Assembly (NCBI GenBank): GCA_951406725.2
Contig: OX597816.1
Coordinates: 123,938,001-124,002,000, forward strand
Direction of reading: 5' to 3'
DNA from: Octopus vulgaris
Taxonomy: Eukaryota
DNA: 64,000 bases
Part shown: piece after piece, positions 12,351 to 25,195 of the stretch
How the letters are laid out: every line of letters starts with the position of its first letter
Position numbering within the stretch: the stretch's first letter is position 1
Notes under the pieces: generated by a model
Seen by the model: only the letters and a program-made list of their open reading frames with translations
The model's database searches: none
What the model was told of the DNA's origin: nothing
Program-made: the position numbers and the translations under genes

Positions 12351-13346
12351 GAAGTGCCCAAATTACCGTATTATTTCTCTCCATGCATTATGTCTGTTTA
12401 TCTCCCTTCTCTGCTCCTGCAGCCTATGCAAACATGTTATCTCTCTTCTCTTCACTGTCACCAGTATCATTACCACCATATGCTGTTATCTCTGTAGTCT
12501 CTCCAACTTGTGCACCTCCTCCTCTCAACCCTTCCTCAATCCTTACAGATGTTGCCTACCTTCTTCTCTCACTTACCCAATCTCTCCTCCACACACTCTT
12601 ACAAAACCCCATCCTCTACTACACTTGCTACTTGAGGTGCCATCTGGACATCACATCAGCACTGTCTATCTCCTTGGAGATACCTCTAATTTATTTTCTC
12701 TCTCCGAAATGTTAGTAGCCATTTAGCTCCTCTTCAAGAAGAACCTGCTCTACTCTAATCTCTTCCATCATACATTATCCTCTCATCTAGCATATGGATA
12801 CAACATCCTCCCTCCCTAGGTTTGATGATTTGCACACTACATGACAACCTTAATAGTACTGGTGGCATGAAAAAAGCACTGAGTGCACACTGTGAAATGG
12901 TTGGCATTAAGAAAAGCATTCAGCCATGGAACCCATTCCAAAGCAGACACTGGAGCACAATGCTGTCTTTGGATCTATTGACTTAAATGATCAACTTTAA
13001 CTGATGATGATGATGATTATGTCTACGATGACGACGATGATGATGACTGATAACAATGATGATGAGGATGATGATGCCGATGATAATGATGATGTCTAAT
13101 GAAGATGATGATGATAATGATAATGATGATGGTGATAATGACAACGATGATGATGATTGATAATTGATGATGATGATGATGACACATAAGCAAGCAGTAC
13201 TGTTGAATATAAGATGTAAATAAGCAAGAATGGACATACGCAATGTAAGGTTTACTCGGCAACAAGCAATAGGATCATATACAACACTGAAGTAGACAAT
13301 AGTGTGGCGTACTGTACATAAGTAGGCAATTTTGTGATAAATATAG

Positions 13347-13560
13347 GGCAACAAGCTGGCAGATTCACTTGCAAACCAGGCAAAATGCATAGCAGCGTTT
13401 CATCTATCTTAATGTGCTGAGTTCAAATTCTGCCATGGTCAACTCTAGCTTTCATCCCTTTGGGGTTGTTAAAATAAGTAACAACTCAACACTGGAGTCA
13501 ATGTAATTGAGTTACCACTCTCTTTGAACTTGCTGGCCCTGTGCCAAATTTTGAAATCAA
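13347..13560 (+). mobile_element. SINE family B
   Basis: aagctggcagattc..gagttcaaattctgcc..ggccctgtgccaaa. Confidence 0.85.
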
Positions 13561-13579
13561 TATTATGGTACACATGGAA

Positions 13580-14098
13580 TGCGGAGAGTTACTTTATTGG
13601 AAAATGTTCCCTTTGAAAATGAAAGGAAGGGTTTATTAGAGTTGTGTAAGATCTGCAATGCTGTATGGTAATGAGACATGGTGTCTGAAGGAAAGCAAAA
13701 CGGAAATTTTGAGAAGGACCAAGAGAACAATGGTGAGAGCAATGTGTGGAGTGAAACTATTGGATAAAAGTAAGATTGAGGACTTGATGGGGATGCTGGA
13801 GTTGGAGGAATTGGTGGAACCGCAGGTAAGGGTGAATGAGGTGTGGTGGTATGGACATGTGTTGAGGAGGGATGAGGATCAGGTTCTGAGGAAAGTGCTT
13901 GAGTTTAAAGTGAATGAACCATGAAAGCGAGGTTGATCAAAGAGGGGACAAGTGGAGGAGGAGATTGGGAGGGTTGGCTTGATGAGGGCGGACATCCAAA
14001 ACTGGTTGAGATGGCAAGATGCTATGAGAGCAAGTACTGTAAGAGTGAGGTAGATCCAGCCACTCCTGTTAACGGGGACAAACCCAGATCTAAAATAT
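13580..14098 (+). mobile_element. RTE-clade LINE 3' fragment
   Basis: ORF 13658-13924 MLYGNETW..RTMVRAMCGV..WYGHVLRR is a typical RTE C-terminus. Confidence 0.85.
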
Positions 14099-14683
14099 TG
14101 AAAGTCATCATCATCATCACATGGGTAACACAGAATGCAGAGGAGATGATCTATTAGTATTTATCATCATAGATTTAAAATTATGGTTTGCTTACATGGC
14201 TATATGAAAAAAAAGGGTTAAATTCAGTTATACAGATGATGATATATTTAGTATTGAAGGGAAAGTTAGTGAAAACATGGTAGAAAGTAGTCAAGTGTAG
14301 AAGTTTTGAGTGCTATTAGCAATACAGATTTCACTTTCCTTACCACAGAAAAAAATGTTAAAAAATGACTACATGAAGTGTTTATGAAAAATATATTTTA
14401 TGGATGTCAACCATGGTATTTTGAATTCAAAAGAACTGTAGCAGCTGGAAAAGAATTAGTTGAGTATGGGTGCAGAAACATAACAAAGTAAAGTGAAGGA
14501 GAGTTGAGCAAGTGAATGGCTAGTCTTCAGGATAAACAACTATACAGATACACATCCATCCATACATACATACACACATGCATACATACATACATACATG
14601 AATATATGCATGTGTGTGCATATATATATTTATAGATGTGTGTTTGTATTTGTATGCATGCATTATGTGTGTGTGTATGTATG

Positions 14684-14721
<38 letters not shown>

Positions 14722-15449
14722 CATATACACATATATATGCATATATACATATATGCATGGAAGATGGATGTTAAACGATGATGATATATATGTAGGTGTA
14801 TATATGCATATATGTGTGTATATATGTACGTATATGAGTATAGTACAAAAAAAATAAAGCCTGAAGAGGAGGTTAAGAAAAAGCAAGTGGAATGTATAAA
14901 AGTTTTGCTTGGGAAAAACGAAATAAAGGTTATAGAAGTCTTTTATGTTTTGAATATACACTCATCTTCTGAAAGAAAGGACAGACAAAAACAGAAAAAA
15001 ACGGAGAAAGAAAATGAAGAGAAGGAATTCATATGTATATAATTGTCATAGCATGCTGAAAAAAAAGGACTGACGGACAGACAAACAGAGATATATAGAT
15101 AAACAAACAAATAAATGAAAGTCACACAAATAATGTGTGAGTAAAATTATAAGACAATGTGGTGACAGTGGTAACAAACAAATAAATAATACATCATGCC
15201 AGAGAAACTTAAGCACATGTGAGAAGATGCATATTCAGTAAAAATATCAAAGGAAGTAACAAGAAAAATATCTAATGCTTTGAGTAATGCTACTTATCAA
15301 ATAGAGGAAAAAGCATTAAGAGAGGTAAGAGAAAGATGAAATTGTATGATACTGAATTTAAGACATCAGGACATGTGGCATATCTGTGTTGTGTGTGTGT
15401 ATACATCCATACATAAGTAATTATTTAAGCTTTGGCTATGTTCCTAGTT

Positions 15450-15935
15450 GTTTGCCGATGAATCCTATGGCTACCTGGTGTCATCTATGGTATTTACACA
15501 ATTCGCGCTGGATCTACCTCAGGAGTTCCTCAATGTTGATTGAGTATAAAACAAATGATGGGTACAGAAAATGGAATATACAAGAAACTTTGTGAGCTAG
15601 AAAGTCCTTCGTATATTCCATTTTCCATCTGTCCTTTATTATATATATATATACACATACATGCAAGAAAGATCATGCCAGAAACCCCTTGTAAAACCAC
15701 TGCAGACACTTTTTCAGAGTTTCCTTCCATGTGGCTAGCACTCAAAAGCATCTGGACAAATATCTATCTAAACTCCCAGATAAACGCACATTGTGGCAGG
15801 AGGCACAAAAAAGAGCAGCTCCATCTAACTCACTTTTGCCCCAAAAACAGTACAAAAAGGAAACTAAAAACGATGAAAGGCAGTGCTCCGGCATGGCCCC
15901 AGCCCCTGGCTAAAACCGGTAAATTAATAAAAGAA
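15450..15935 (+). mobile_element. CR1/Jockey-like LINE 3' end, degenerate
   Basis: ..KHLDKYLSKLPD..RAAPSNSLL..; homologous to 36700-37080. Confidence 0.7.
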
Positions 15936-16102
15936 CATACATACATATGTATACAAATACATACATATATGTATACATATACATATATACTTATATACAT
16001 GTAAATATATGTATATATATATATACATGTCAATATATATATATATAATATAGGGGTTTAGCTCACAGGTGATCTAAACGATTAGGTACACTAAGTAAGA
16101 GC

Positions 16103-16563
16103 TGTAACGTATTACTATGGCTCCAAGGTTATAGCCTAGATGGTAGTTATAGAGCCATTGCAGATTTCCGATATAGCAGATATATAAGTATTAAAGAGGA
16201 CAACAACTGTTAAGGCAAGGCAAACATCTCAAGTCACATGCATTATTATTATTGGAAAAAAACTCAGTCTTACAGCTGTTTCTGGGATATCCCAGAGTAT
16301 CGGATATTCCATCATCGGAGACAAATAGGGAAAATGAGAAGAGTATAGATTAATGAAAAGATGACATAGAGGACAGGCGTAAAGGAATAAGGAGAGGAAG
16401 AAAGAGAAGAAAAAAGAAGCATAAAAGTTCATAATTCAACTTTACGATCTTGTAGGTGCAATCCTGCAGAAATCCATGCAGGTTAAAGTCCTGATATTGT
16501 AAACATCCAGAGAAAAGACGCGAACATATCAACGTTCAATAACAGAATGGTAGCGGAGGTGGC
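16103..16563 (+). repeat. Candidate 5' LTR (TG..CA, 16103-16544) followed by a tRNA-iMet-type primer binding site
   Basis: TGTAAC...AATAACA, then TGGTAGCGGAGG at 16548, close to TGGTAGCAGAGG (complement of the tRNA-iMet 3' end). Confidence 0.55.
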
Positions 16564-19265
16564 TAGTAAGTGGTAAAAAGAAAGAAAAGTAAATAGAAAA
16601 GAGGTTGACGGAGTGAGGGGTAAAGTTAAGTAGTAAGAATTGGGAAACCCACGTTAAGAAATACATCAAAAATGGCACAAGGAGCGACAGGGGGGAAAAC
16701 TACACTTCGTAGGCGAAATGTGGAGTGATATCACATTTCGGGGAAAAACCTGTAGAGCAAAAGTTTCCATGGTAAAAAACTCAACCAATCTGTTTGGTAT
16801 GAACTGGTTGGAGTTGTTTGAGTTATGGGACCTCCTCATTAGTCTGTTCTAAAAAAGAATAAATGGCTGTCCCCACCCGTGAAAATAACTCAACAGCTGA
16901 ATTGAAGAAAATAAATTTAGCTTGTTTCCTGAGGTGCTGTTGGATAAATTTGGTCTCTGTTCTAAGACTGAAGCTGGTTTTCAAATAAAGGAAAATGTCG
17001 TACCTAAATTCAAACCTAATAAAAAGGTATCATTTACTGCAATGAAGCAGGTAGGGGAAGAATTAGACAGACTGGAGAAGATGGGAATTATTTAAAAAGT
17101 AGACTATTCCTAGTGAGCAGCACCAACAGTGTGTATTTAAAAAAATATTAGAATTAGGGTGTGTGCCGATTTTTTTACTGCTTTGAATAACTGTCTAAAA
17201 ATGTGCCACTATCCATTCCTACTTTGGAAGATATTTTTACAAAATTAAATCGTGACAAAATATTTTCGAAACTGGATCTGTCAGATGCATATCTACAAAT
17301 TAAAGTAGACAAAGAATGTTTAAAGCCTCTAACAGAGAATACGCACAGAGGACTATACAAATATAATAGATTGCCATTTGGTCTGAAGTTTTACCTGTGA
17401 TATTTCAACATGATGCATCAATTAAAATAACTGGTCAAATAACTGTCGAAAGGCGTTTCACAATATTCAGAAAATATTAATTTCGGATTTGTCGCTGGCT
17501 CGTCTCGATCCTGCAACGAGATTATTGAAGTTTCTGATGCTTCTGAATATGGTGTAGGAGCAGCTTTGCTACACAAATAAAGATGGTACTAGGAAGGCAG
17601 TGGTTCATGCTTAATGTGCTCTGATTGCAGTAGAAAGAAAAAAAACTACAGTTAGATAGAGAAAGAAGCTGTAGCGATTATTTTTACCGTGAAAAAATTT
17701 CCCAGAAGTTTTCGGCTTCAGACAGACCACTGACCGTTGCTATCAATTTTCGGATCGAAGAAAAGAATTCTTATCCATACAGCTAACAGATTACAACACT
17801 GGGGTACAATATTGTTAAATCACAACTTTAAGATGGAGTACATTCCTTCTAAGAAAATTGGCCATGCGGATGGTTTATCTAGGCTAATTCCGAAGAATGC
17901 TGAACTTCTGGAAGATACGGTGATAGCTGCATTACAATCAGAAAAGGAAATCAAAAACGTTATGTGTAATGTCATTCAGGACTTGCACTTGACTGTACAA
18001 TATATAAAAAGTAAATCAGCTGAGGACAAATACATCACACAAATGAAGGATACCTTGAAAAATAAACAAAAGAGAATCATGAATGCGAAACATTTTTCTT
18101 CTGCAATGATGTATTAATGTACGTACAAAGAGTGGTTGTACTAATTGTCCTACAGAAATGGATATTACATGAATTTCATAATGGACACCCGGGGATGTAA
18201 AGAACGAAAGTTTTGATGAGGAGTTACGTGTGTTGGTGGGCAGTGGACGAGGATATTGAAAATTTGGTAAAATAATGTAGAAGTTGTGCTAGCAACCAAG
18301 GCACCACCAGTGAAATACCAATCATGGCCTGAGATTGATAGTCCGTAGTCCTGGGTACATATAGACTACGCTGGACCAGTGAATGGCACGTACTACTTGA
18401 TCATTGTTGATAGCTTTACCAAGTGGCCAGAAGTATGTAGGTGCAATCAACCTACCTCGAAAGCATCAATAAAGTTCCTGCACGAACTTTTTGCTCGATG
18501 CGGTGTTCTGGACACCATAGTGTCAGATAATGGATACGAGTTCAAGAAATTCTGTAAAATGTATGCAATCAAGCACATTTTTACCCCGCCTTACCACCCG
18601 AGGTCAAATGGGCAACCAGAATGATTCGTAGATAATTTCAAGCGAGCGCTAAAAAAATCAAGGAAGGAGTTAGGAATTGATAAAACGGTAACTAAATTCT
18701 TAAGGATGTACAGAATAATGGCCAATCGAAATACCAGTTCAGGAAAGTCGCCTGCAGAGCTGTTTGCTGGAAAGATTAAATCGATCTTCGATAAATTGTT
18801 GCCAAAGGAAAAAATGTATATAGATAATACCAAAAAATTAAGTAAACATATTGATGCCGTTGACAAAGTCCATTTCAAAGTATACAAGAACGGTGAAGAG
18901 AGTTGGCAGGATGGTATAGTGACTAAAAGAATTGGAAACATGATGTATTTAATAAAAGGCCAAAGATGGGAGTATAAACGACACCTAAATGAATTAAAAA
19001 TCAGACATTCAGAAGAAGGGAAGGAAATTCCATTGGAAGTGTTTTATGATATATTCGATGTGCCAGCACCGAAAGAAGTTGAACCTTGAAGGAGCAGTAA
19101 CAGAAAACGTAAATAGACTGAACATTTAGAAATAATTCCTAAGCGGAAAAGGTACTGAACTCACTAGGGACGCAAAATTTCAAAATGGGAGAGTTGTTGG
19201 AAAGAAAGGAAAAATAGAAAAATTAATTTCATTTCCTAAGGATGTCAAAATCTCAAAATGAGAGA

Positions 19266-19992
19266 TGTGGTGAGTCATGACACACCCTGGAGAAAAGACT
19301 TGACCGAACGACTATAAATAGTAGCGGTCTGAGTGAGAGACGGAGAGCAGGCGTTAAGGAGAATCGCCTAGCAATTCCTAGATGTTGATTCCTTTAAAAC
19401 GTGAGTTAAATTGTTACACACTGTTATTATATATTGTTATAGGTCTCCCCGCGGGGATGAACCAAGATTCGTTAAACTGTTGAATTCTGTCGCTGCTTTT
19501 GCGTGTTTTGAAGACTGTTACTTCCCCAGTTATGGGTGAAGTGGTGAAATGGAGTGTGACCAACACCTTTGACGTTCGCGATAGAAAGATAGGGACAAAG
19601 AAGTAGAAAGAAGGATACAAATTGTTACAAAAGGAAGGGGCCTGAAGAAGTGACAAAGAATATAGCAAGGAAGACAGTAGTGTACAGGACACTATCTACT
19701 TCTACCCCACCACCAAATAGAGGCAATTGAGGAACGTCTACGGGACGCGAAAGGACTAATAACCTTTTATACACGTGGGAAGAAATACGAAACAGTGGAG
19801 GTCAGGTTCTCCAATTGCAGGCCTTAATTGCAGGAAATCATGTGTTGTTTTGGTAGTTTATCGGAATATCATTTGTTGGTTCATGTGTAGTTCATGGAGA
19901 GTTTGTTGGCTTGTTACGTTGTTGTTACCCTGCTTCATTTTATGTTTATTGTTACTACACGGTTATAGCATAAAAAATGTATAGTCATAACA
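19266..19992 (+). repeat. Candidate 3' LTR (TG..CA) after a polypurine tract
   Basis: AAAATGAGAGA precedes TGTGG; internal TATAAATA at about 19313; ends ATAACA. Confidence 0.6.
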
Positions 19993-20849
19993 ATTGGCGA
20001 TACTACTATAATGTGTGACAAGTAACTACGTTATAATAAGCCACTAAAATTGAGGGCTTCACTGCATTCTAGTGGCTATGAATATAATGTCTCCATAGAC
20101 ATTTATGCATGGCACTGAATTCCTGAGAACATTCCAAAAATTACAATTGTCTGGTGCATCCTAATTCAGTTTAATTTACATATACAGTGTTGGTTGAAAA
20201 CTTATATTTATTCTCAAGTGCATTATAGCATTTAATTCTACTATTCTTAGTTAATCGATCTGAAAAATTAAGTACCATTTATACTAACTAATTGTGTAAT
20301 TATTATCAATAATAGTATTTAGCTGAAATATATGTTATCTAATAAGCTATTTAAATTTGCAAATTTAAATGAAATATAATAGACTTGTTTGTAATTGTTT
20401 ATATGTTTGTTTATAAAATTACCTAACCACAGAATTTATCAGAAAACTAATAATTAATATGAGAAAAGATACTTCCCTCTGGATAGTTTGAAATATATTT
20501 ACATGTGTTTGTGTGTGTATTTATATATATATGTGTGTGTGTGTGTGTATATGTACATGCACACATATATAAGTATATATGTATGTATATTCATGTATGT
20601 CTGTGCATGTGTTTGTGTGCACCCTTGTCTACACATCACATGATAGTTGTAAATGCACATCATACAAACAAATTTGTTAATTTTTTCTCAGTTTTCCATA
20701 AAAGACACCTCTAACTATGGGAAAAAATTACTTTGCTTGGAAAGAACTGTGAGTTGGGAACAGGAAAGGCATCAAACCATAGAAAATATGACTCAACTAA
20801 GTCCATCTGCCCCATGCAAGAATGGAAAACTGTACTAAATAATGGTGAT

Positions 20850-21318
20850 AGTCAAGTACATGAACATCGAAATAAATATCAATGGAAATAGTAGTTGTGA
20901 TACCTGTGCCGGTGGCACATAAAAAGCACCATCCGAACGTGGCCGATGCCAGTGCCGCCTCGACTGGCTTCTGTGCCGGTGGCACATAAAAAGCACCCAC
21001 TACACTCGTGGAGTGGTTGGTGTCAGGAAGGGCATCCAGCTGTAGAAACACTGCCAGATAAGACTGGAGCCTGGTGCAGCCTCCTGGCTTCCCAGACCCC
21101 GGTCCAACCGTCCAACCCGTGCTAGCATGGAAAACGGACATTAAACGATGATGATGATAATGATATACACACACACATGCATATATATATATATGTGTCA
21201 TCATCATCATCATTTAGCGTCCGTTTTCCATGCTAGCATGGGTTGGACGTTCTACTGTCTGTGAGCCAGAAGGCTCATCAGGCCCAGTCAAATCTGGCAG
21301 TGTTTCTATGGATGCCTT

Positions 21319-21320
<2 letters not shown>
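20850..21320. mobile_element. Two family C repeats in inverted, tail-to-tail orientation (20850-21160 +, 21197-21320 -)
   Basis: gtccaacccgtgctagcatggaaaacggac versus gtccgttttccatgctagcatgggttggac. Confidence 0.85.
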
Positions 21321-21361
<41 letters not shown>

Positions 21362-21528
21362 TAATCAAAGCGTACAGTATTATATATCCATCATGCTCAA
21401 ACTTACCAATTAGTTTTGTGTTAGGGGTTAAAAAAGAGTTAGATAACAGCTTGACTATGTGATGCAGTACTTTTCAGAGAGGGCAGTAATAGAATGAAAT
21501 ATGTCAAATGCATACCTACCTACCTACC

Positions 21529-21560
<32 letters not shown>

Positions 21561-21569
<9 letters not shown>

Positions 21570-22074
21570 TTAATAATATCAGGGTAATAAAAATTTTAGA
21601 AATTTTTACTACCAGTGGCCTAGCGTATTGAAAAATTAGTCAATAGACTATATTATTCATATAAAATACAGTGTACATTTAAATACATTAAGAGGTTTCC
21701 TTCATAGGAATCCTTTACGCTAGAAAGAACAGCTAAAGTCCAAACCACTAATTAGGGATAAATTCTCAAAGGGAGTGAAAAATAAAAACATTTACTATCT
21801 CTTTCCTGGACTATGGTTTCTGACTTATTCTAGTAAATAAGATAATTTACTATGGTGAAGTCTTCATCAACAGGGATGCCAAGATTAAATAAAGATGAGG
21901 CCAATCTATCTAGCGTAAAGGATTCCTATGATGGAAGCCTCTTAATGTGTTTAAATGTATACTATATTTTATATGAATAATATATAGTCTATTGACTAAT
22001 TTTTCTATACGCTAGGCCACTGGTAGTAAAAATTTCTAAAATCTTTATTACCCAGATATTATTAATTATGTATA
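21561..22074. mobile_element. Inverted-repeat element (arms 21561-21728 and 21905-22074) with a hammerhead in the spacer; Penelope-like non-autonomous element
   Basis: tttagaaatttttactaccagtggcctagcgta / tacgctaggccactggtagtaaaaatttctaaa; lies next to (TA)n. Confidence 0.8.
21805..21874 (-). ncRNA. Type I hammerhead ribozyme with a C3U core variant
   Basis: CCTG-TTGATGA-A-GACTT..TAGTAAAT..ATTTACTA..AAGTC-A-GAAAC-CATA-GTC-CAGG. Confidence 0.7.
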
Positions 22075-23171
22075 ATGATTTCTGGTAGATTCATTTGCTG
22101 CTGACAAAATAGACTGTGCTTGCGTGGAGGATTTGAAAAAAATTAAAATATATAAGCAAGAGGCACTAGCTGGATCAGCCTAGTGTGTGTATGGGAGAGA
22201 GAGGGTGGGGAGAGAACATTGAAAACAATGAATGAAATATATATGAAATGAAAAAATCTAATAAATAAAAGGGCATTACTACAGATGTATGTGCCCCTGA
22301 TTTTGTTGCCTCATAACACCAGAAAAATGGATACTATTTAACAAAATGTTCTACAAATACCGCTGAGATGTCGTGGCTTCAGAGTAAATAGGGATTTATG
22401 GGAAATGATTTTTTCTTGGGGGTAGAGAGAGGAGTTTCTAAAAATTCCCATGATCTGACATTTTTTCCTCATAACTTTCAAGAAAATGTGTATCTTATCA
22501 TGAAAATTTATACAAATCCCTTTCAAACGGCTTAGATTATTATTACAGAGAAATTTGTGAGGAAAAACTTTTGGTGATTCTCCCCATTTAAAAAAAAACA
22601 CAGCCTTGGAAATGATAGGGGTGTGGGATGGGGGTGTCTTTGTATGAAAAAAGTTTTGAAAACTCTTTTTTTACATCTCCTTTATCATCCCACTCCAGTC
22701 CTATTTTGGCCAATTTTTTTGGCACTTCAAACCCATGAGAAGAATATTTTCTGTAAAAAAAAAAATATTTTCAGAGGGAAAGTGAGTGATTTAAAGGCGA
22801 TTTGGCTGTTATTTCTAGCACATCCAAAGACAATCCTCCTAATTTCATTATTACTCTCGCATGTATTAATGTTCTTCAATATTCCCCCCCTCAAACTACC
22901 TTTATATACTATAAAAGAAGAAACTTTGGGAAATTATGGAATTTTTACAACATCACTCCCTGCTCCCAATTGTTTCTGTTTAGAAATAAAAATATTGGAG
23001 AGCCTGAGAAGGTCATTGCTGGCATTTATCCACAGTGATTTAAAGAAATTACGGAGATGTACTTGCATAGAAAGTGACTTGATCTGAGATTGTGAGCTGA
23101 AGCAAAAACAATTGCGGTGTGGAAGATGTTTGTAAGCTATTCAAGATCACACAAAAACCGTTAGTTTTCAT

Positions 23172-23358
23172 GGCACTACTTAAATACAGAGGTCCTGATG
23201 CATTTCCGTAATGGTATGAAGGGGAGGGTTAATTTTTAGAGTTAGGGTTAGTGCTAGGGTGTCATTACACGTCCACACAATGTATATTTAAAATGTTTTG
23301 TTCCTAACACCTGTATTTAAATAGTGTTGTTAAGGGACTTCTGTATTTAAGCCGTACC
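23172..23358. mobile_element. MITE with ~24-bp TIRs and an internal TTAGGG-like tract
   Basis: ggcactacttaaatacagaggtcc / ggacttctgtatttaagccgtacc. Confidence 0.7.
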
Positions 23359-24101
23359 AGTTTGACTTCAACATTAAAATTGCATTTGTGTCAAAATATT
23401 TTCGTTGCTTTGAAACTATGACCTGTTCACTGCCAAAACTTCACAAGTAATGCAGCACCGAGTTTTGTCAGTGAGCATGCACACACATACATACACACAC
23501 ACATTCATTACCTTTCATTTGTGTGTATGTGCATCTATGTGTGTATTGGTGTGTGTGTATATCACTGTTGAAGTCACTCGTGCAACTTGTTTGTGTATAT
23601 ATTGGCTTAGTGGTACAGATTGTTTGGAAACTGTGAATAAGGTACAAATTTCGAGTACTTGTTAGTAACTTTTTTCCTCCATGTCTTCTAATAGCAATTA
23701 CCCAACTTTCTAGGTTCTTCTCAGAGCTATCCCGCATTCAAATATTTATTATACAGGTATTTAAAATAATTTTCATTCAATAAATAATGTTTTTATATTA
23801 CGCATACATTAACAGAATAAACTATTGGTTTTCCAAATAGCAACTTAAAACTTAAAAGAGAAAGTGAGAGACTTTGGAATGAATATAGAATACTCCACAG
23901 TGAATGCCATGAATATTTAAATTTTTGAGAAATCGGAGTTAAAAGAATTCAGTAAACTTGAGAAATGGAAATCATAGGAAATTTCTTAGCACACGAACTT
24001 ATAATAATATTTCCAGGTGGTCAATTCTTTAATGATTGCTTTGTTTTAGTACTTTTAGTAATTGTTACATACCTAATTAATAAGCAACTTTCTCTATTAT
24101 T

Positions 24102-24137
<36 letters not shown>

Positions 24138-24179
24138 ATGTATATGCACGTACATATATAGACATACACACATACATAA

Positions 24180-24315
24180 ATGGATTTGATTTGAGGGGGT
24201 TCATTAAGGATGAAGGCATACCAAAATAAAGAATAATTCATTTAATGGCTAAACAGAATGATGCAAATTATACACTTAAGTAAACAATCCTCTGTCATGG
24301 CAGAAAATGCATCAA
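24180..24315. repeat. ~135-bp dispersed repeat, second copy at about 27417-27553
   Basis: ggatttg..cattaaggatgaa.gcataccaaaat..cagaatgatgcaaat..cacttaagtaaa..aaaatgcatcaa is present in both. Confidence 0.8.
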
Positions 24316-24770
24316 TGAAAGGTAGTTCGCTATTGGTTGGTAATTTGCACTTCGATAATATCCAAGGATGAATGAAACTCTAAGCGAGGTATAAAAGCAT
24401 ATGAATGGGTTATCTTATACTGCTATAATTGTCATTGAAAATCTTTATTGCAATGTAAACAGGATACTGTGAGGTATGAAGTACATACAATATCCATAAG
24501 ATTATGCAATGCATTACACAACTCTCAATTCATCAGGCTTACTAAATATACATGTGAGCAGTGACATTCTCATAAATAAACAGTTCATCAACAAATGAAA
24601 TTTCAAATAAGGATTACCAGCTTTTAAGAAATGTAAAATTGTTGGGACTACAATCTGTCAATCATGAGGGTGGATAGCTAAGTGGTGTTGTGAATTATAG
24701 AATAGCCTTTTGACTCTTCATGTGAAGGTATGTGACTTAGTAGTAAGTGTTTTGGGCCCACAGTTGCAAG

Positions 24771-24814
<44 letters not shown>

Positions 24815-24889
24815 GTGTGTGTAACATATGGTATAATTATAAACAGGGCAAATTTTAGTCATTTCTCTGCAGACTGAAAAAAAGGAACA

Positions 24890-24932
24890 ACCTTAAACAA
24901 TTTTCGAACTTTGTTGGGTTCTCATCAGAGGC
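24890..24932 (-). ncRNA. Type I hammerhead ribozyme, intact core
   Basis: GCCT-CTGATGA-GAAC-CCAACAAA-GTTC-GAAA-A-TTGT-TTA-AGGT: stems I and II pair, 2-bp stem III, UUA cleavage triplet. Confidence 0.8.
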
Positions 24933-25084
24933 ATCCACATCATTCTGACAGTCTCCAGAGAAACAATGTTTATATACTCAACAAAGGAGCAGTTACTCTC
25001 TATGAAGGAGTTCCTAATTAGCATACCGAAAATATTTAACACTATAAATACCAGGTAGAAGGTTGAAAAGTAATACACGAGTTG

Positions 25085-25195
25085 ATATGTATAAGTAAAA
25101 TAGGACAAGGTAGAAAATGCTGAAATAGTTTTATCATGAAGAACATTTTCGTACATGATAAAATTATTTTAGCATTTTCTACCTTGTCCTATTTT

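Larger units (their letters stand above)
16103..19992 (+). mobile_element. Ty3/gypsy LTR retrotransposon, decayed (RT, RNase H, integrase; most of gag and the RT YxDD region missing)
   Basis: RT FSKLDLSDAYLQI..THRGLYKYNRLPFG; RNase H DASEYGVGA..RLQHWG..HADGLSRL; integrase HIDYAGP, IVDSFTKW, VSDNG, PPYHPRSNG; multiple stops. Confidence 0.92.

Noticed and set aside
24480-24545. Minus-strand CTGATGA followed by a strong hairpin
   Set aside because: No GAAA after the hairpin and no stem I.
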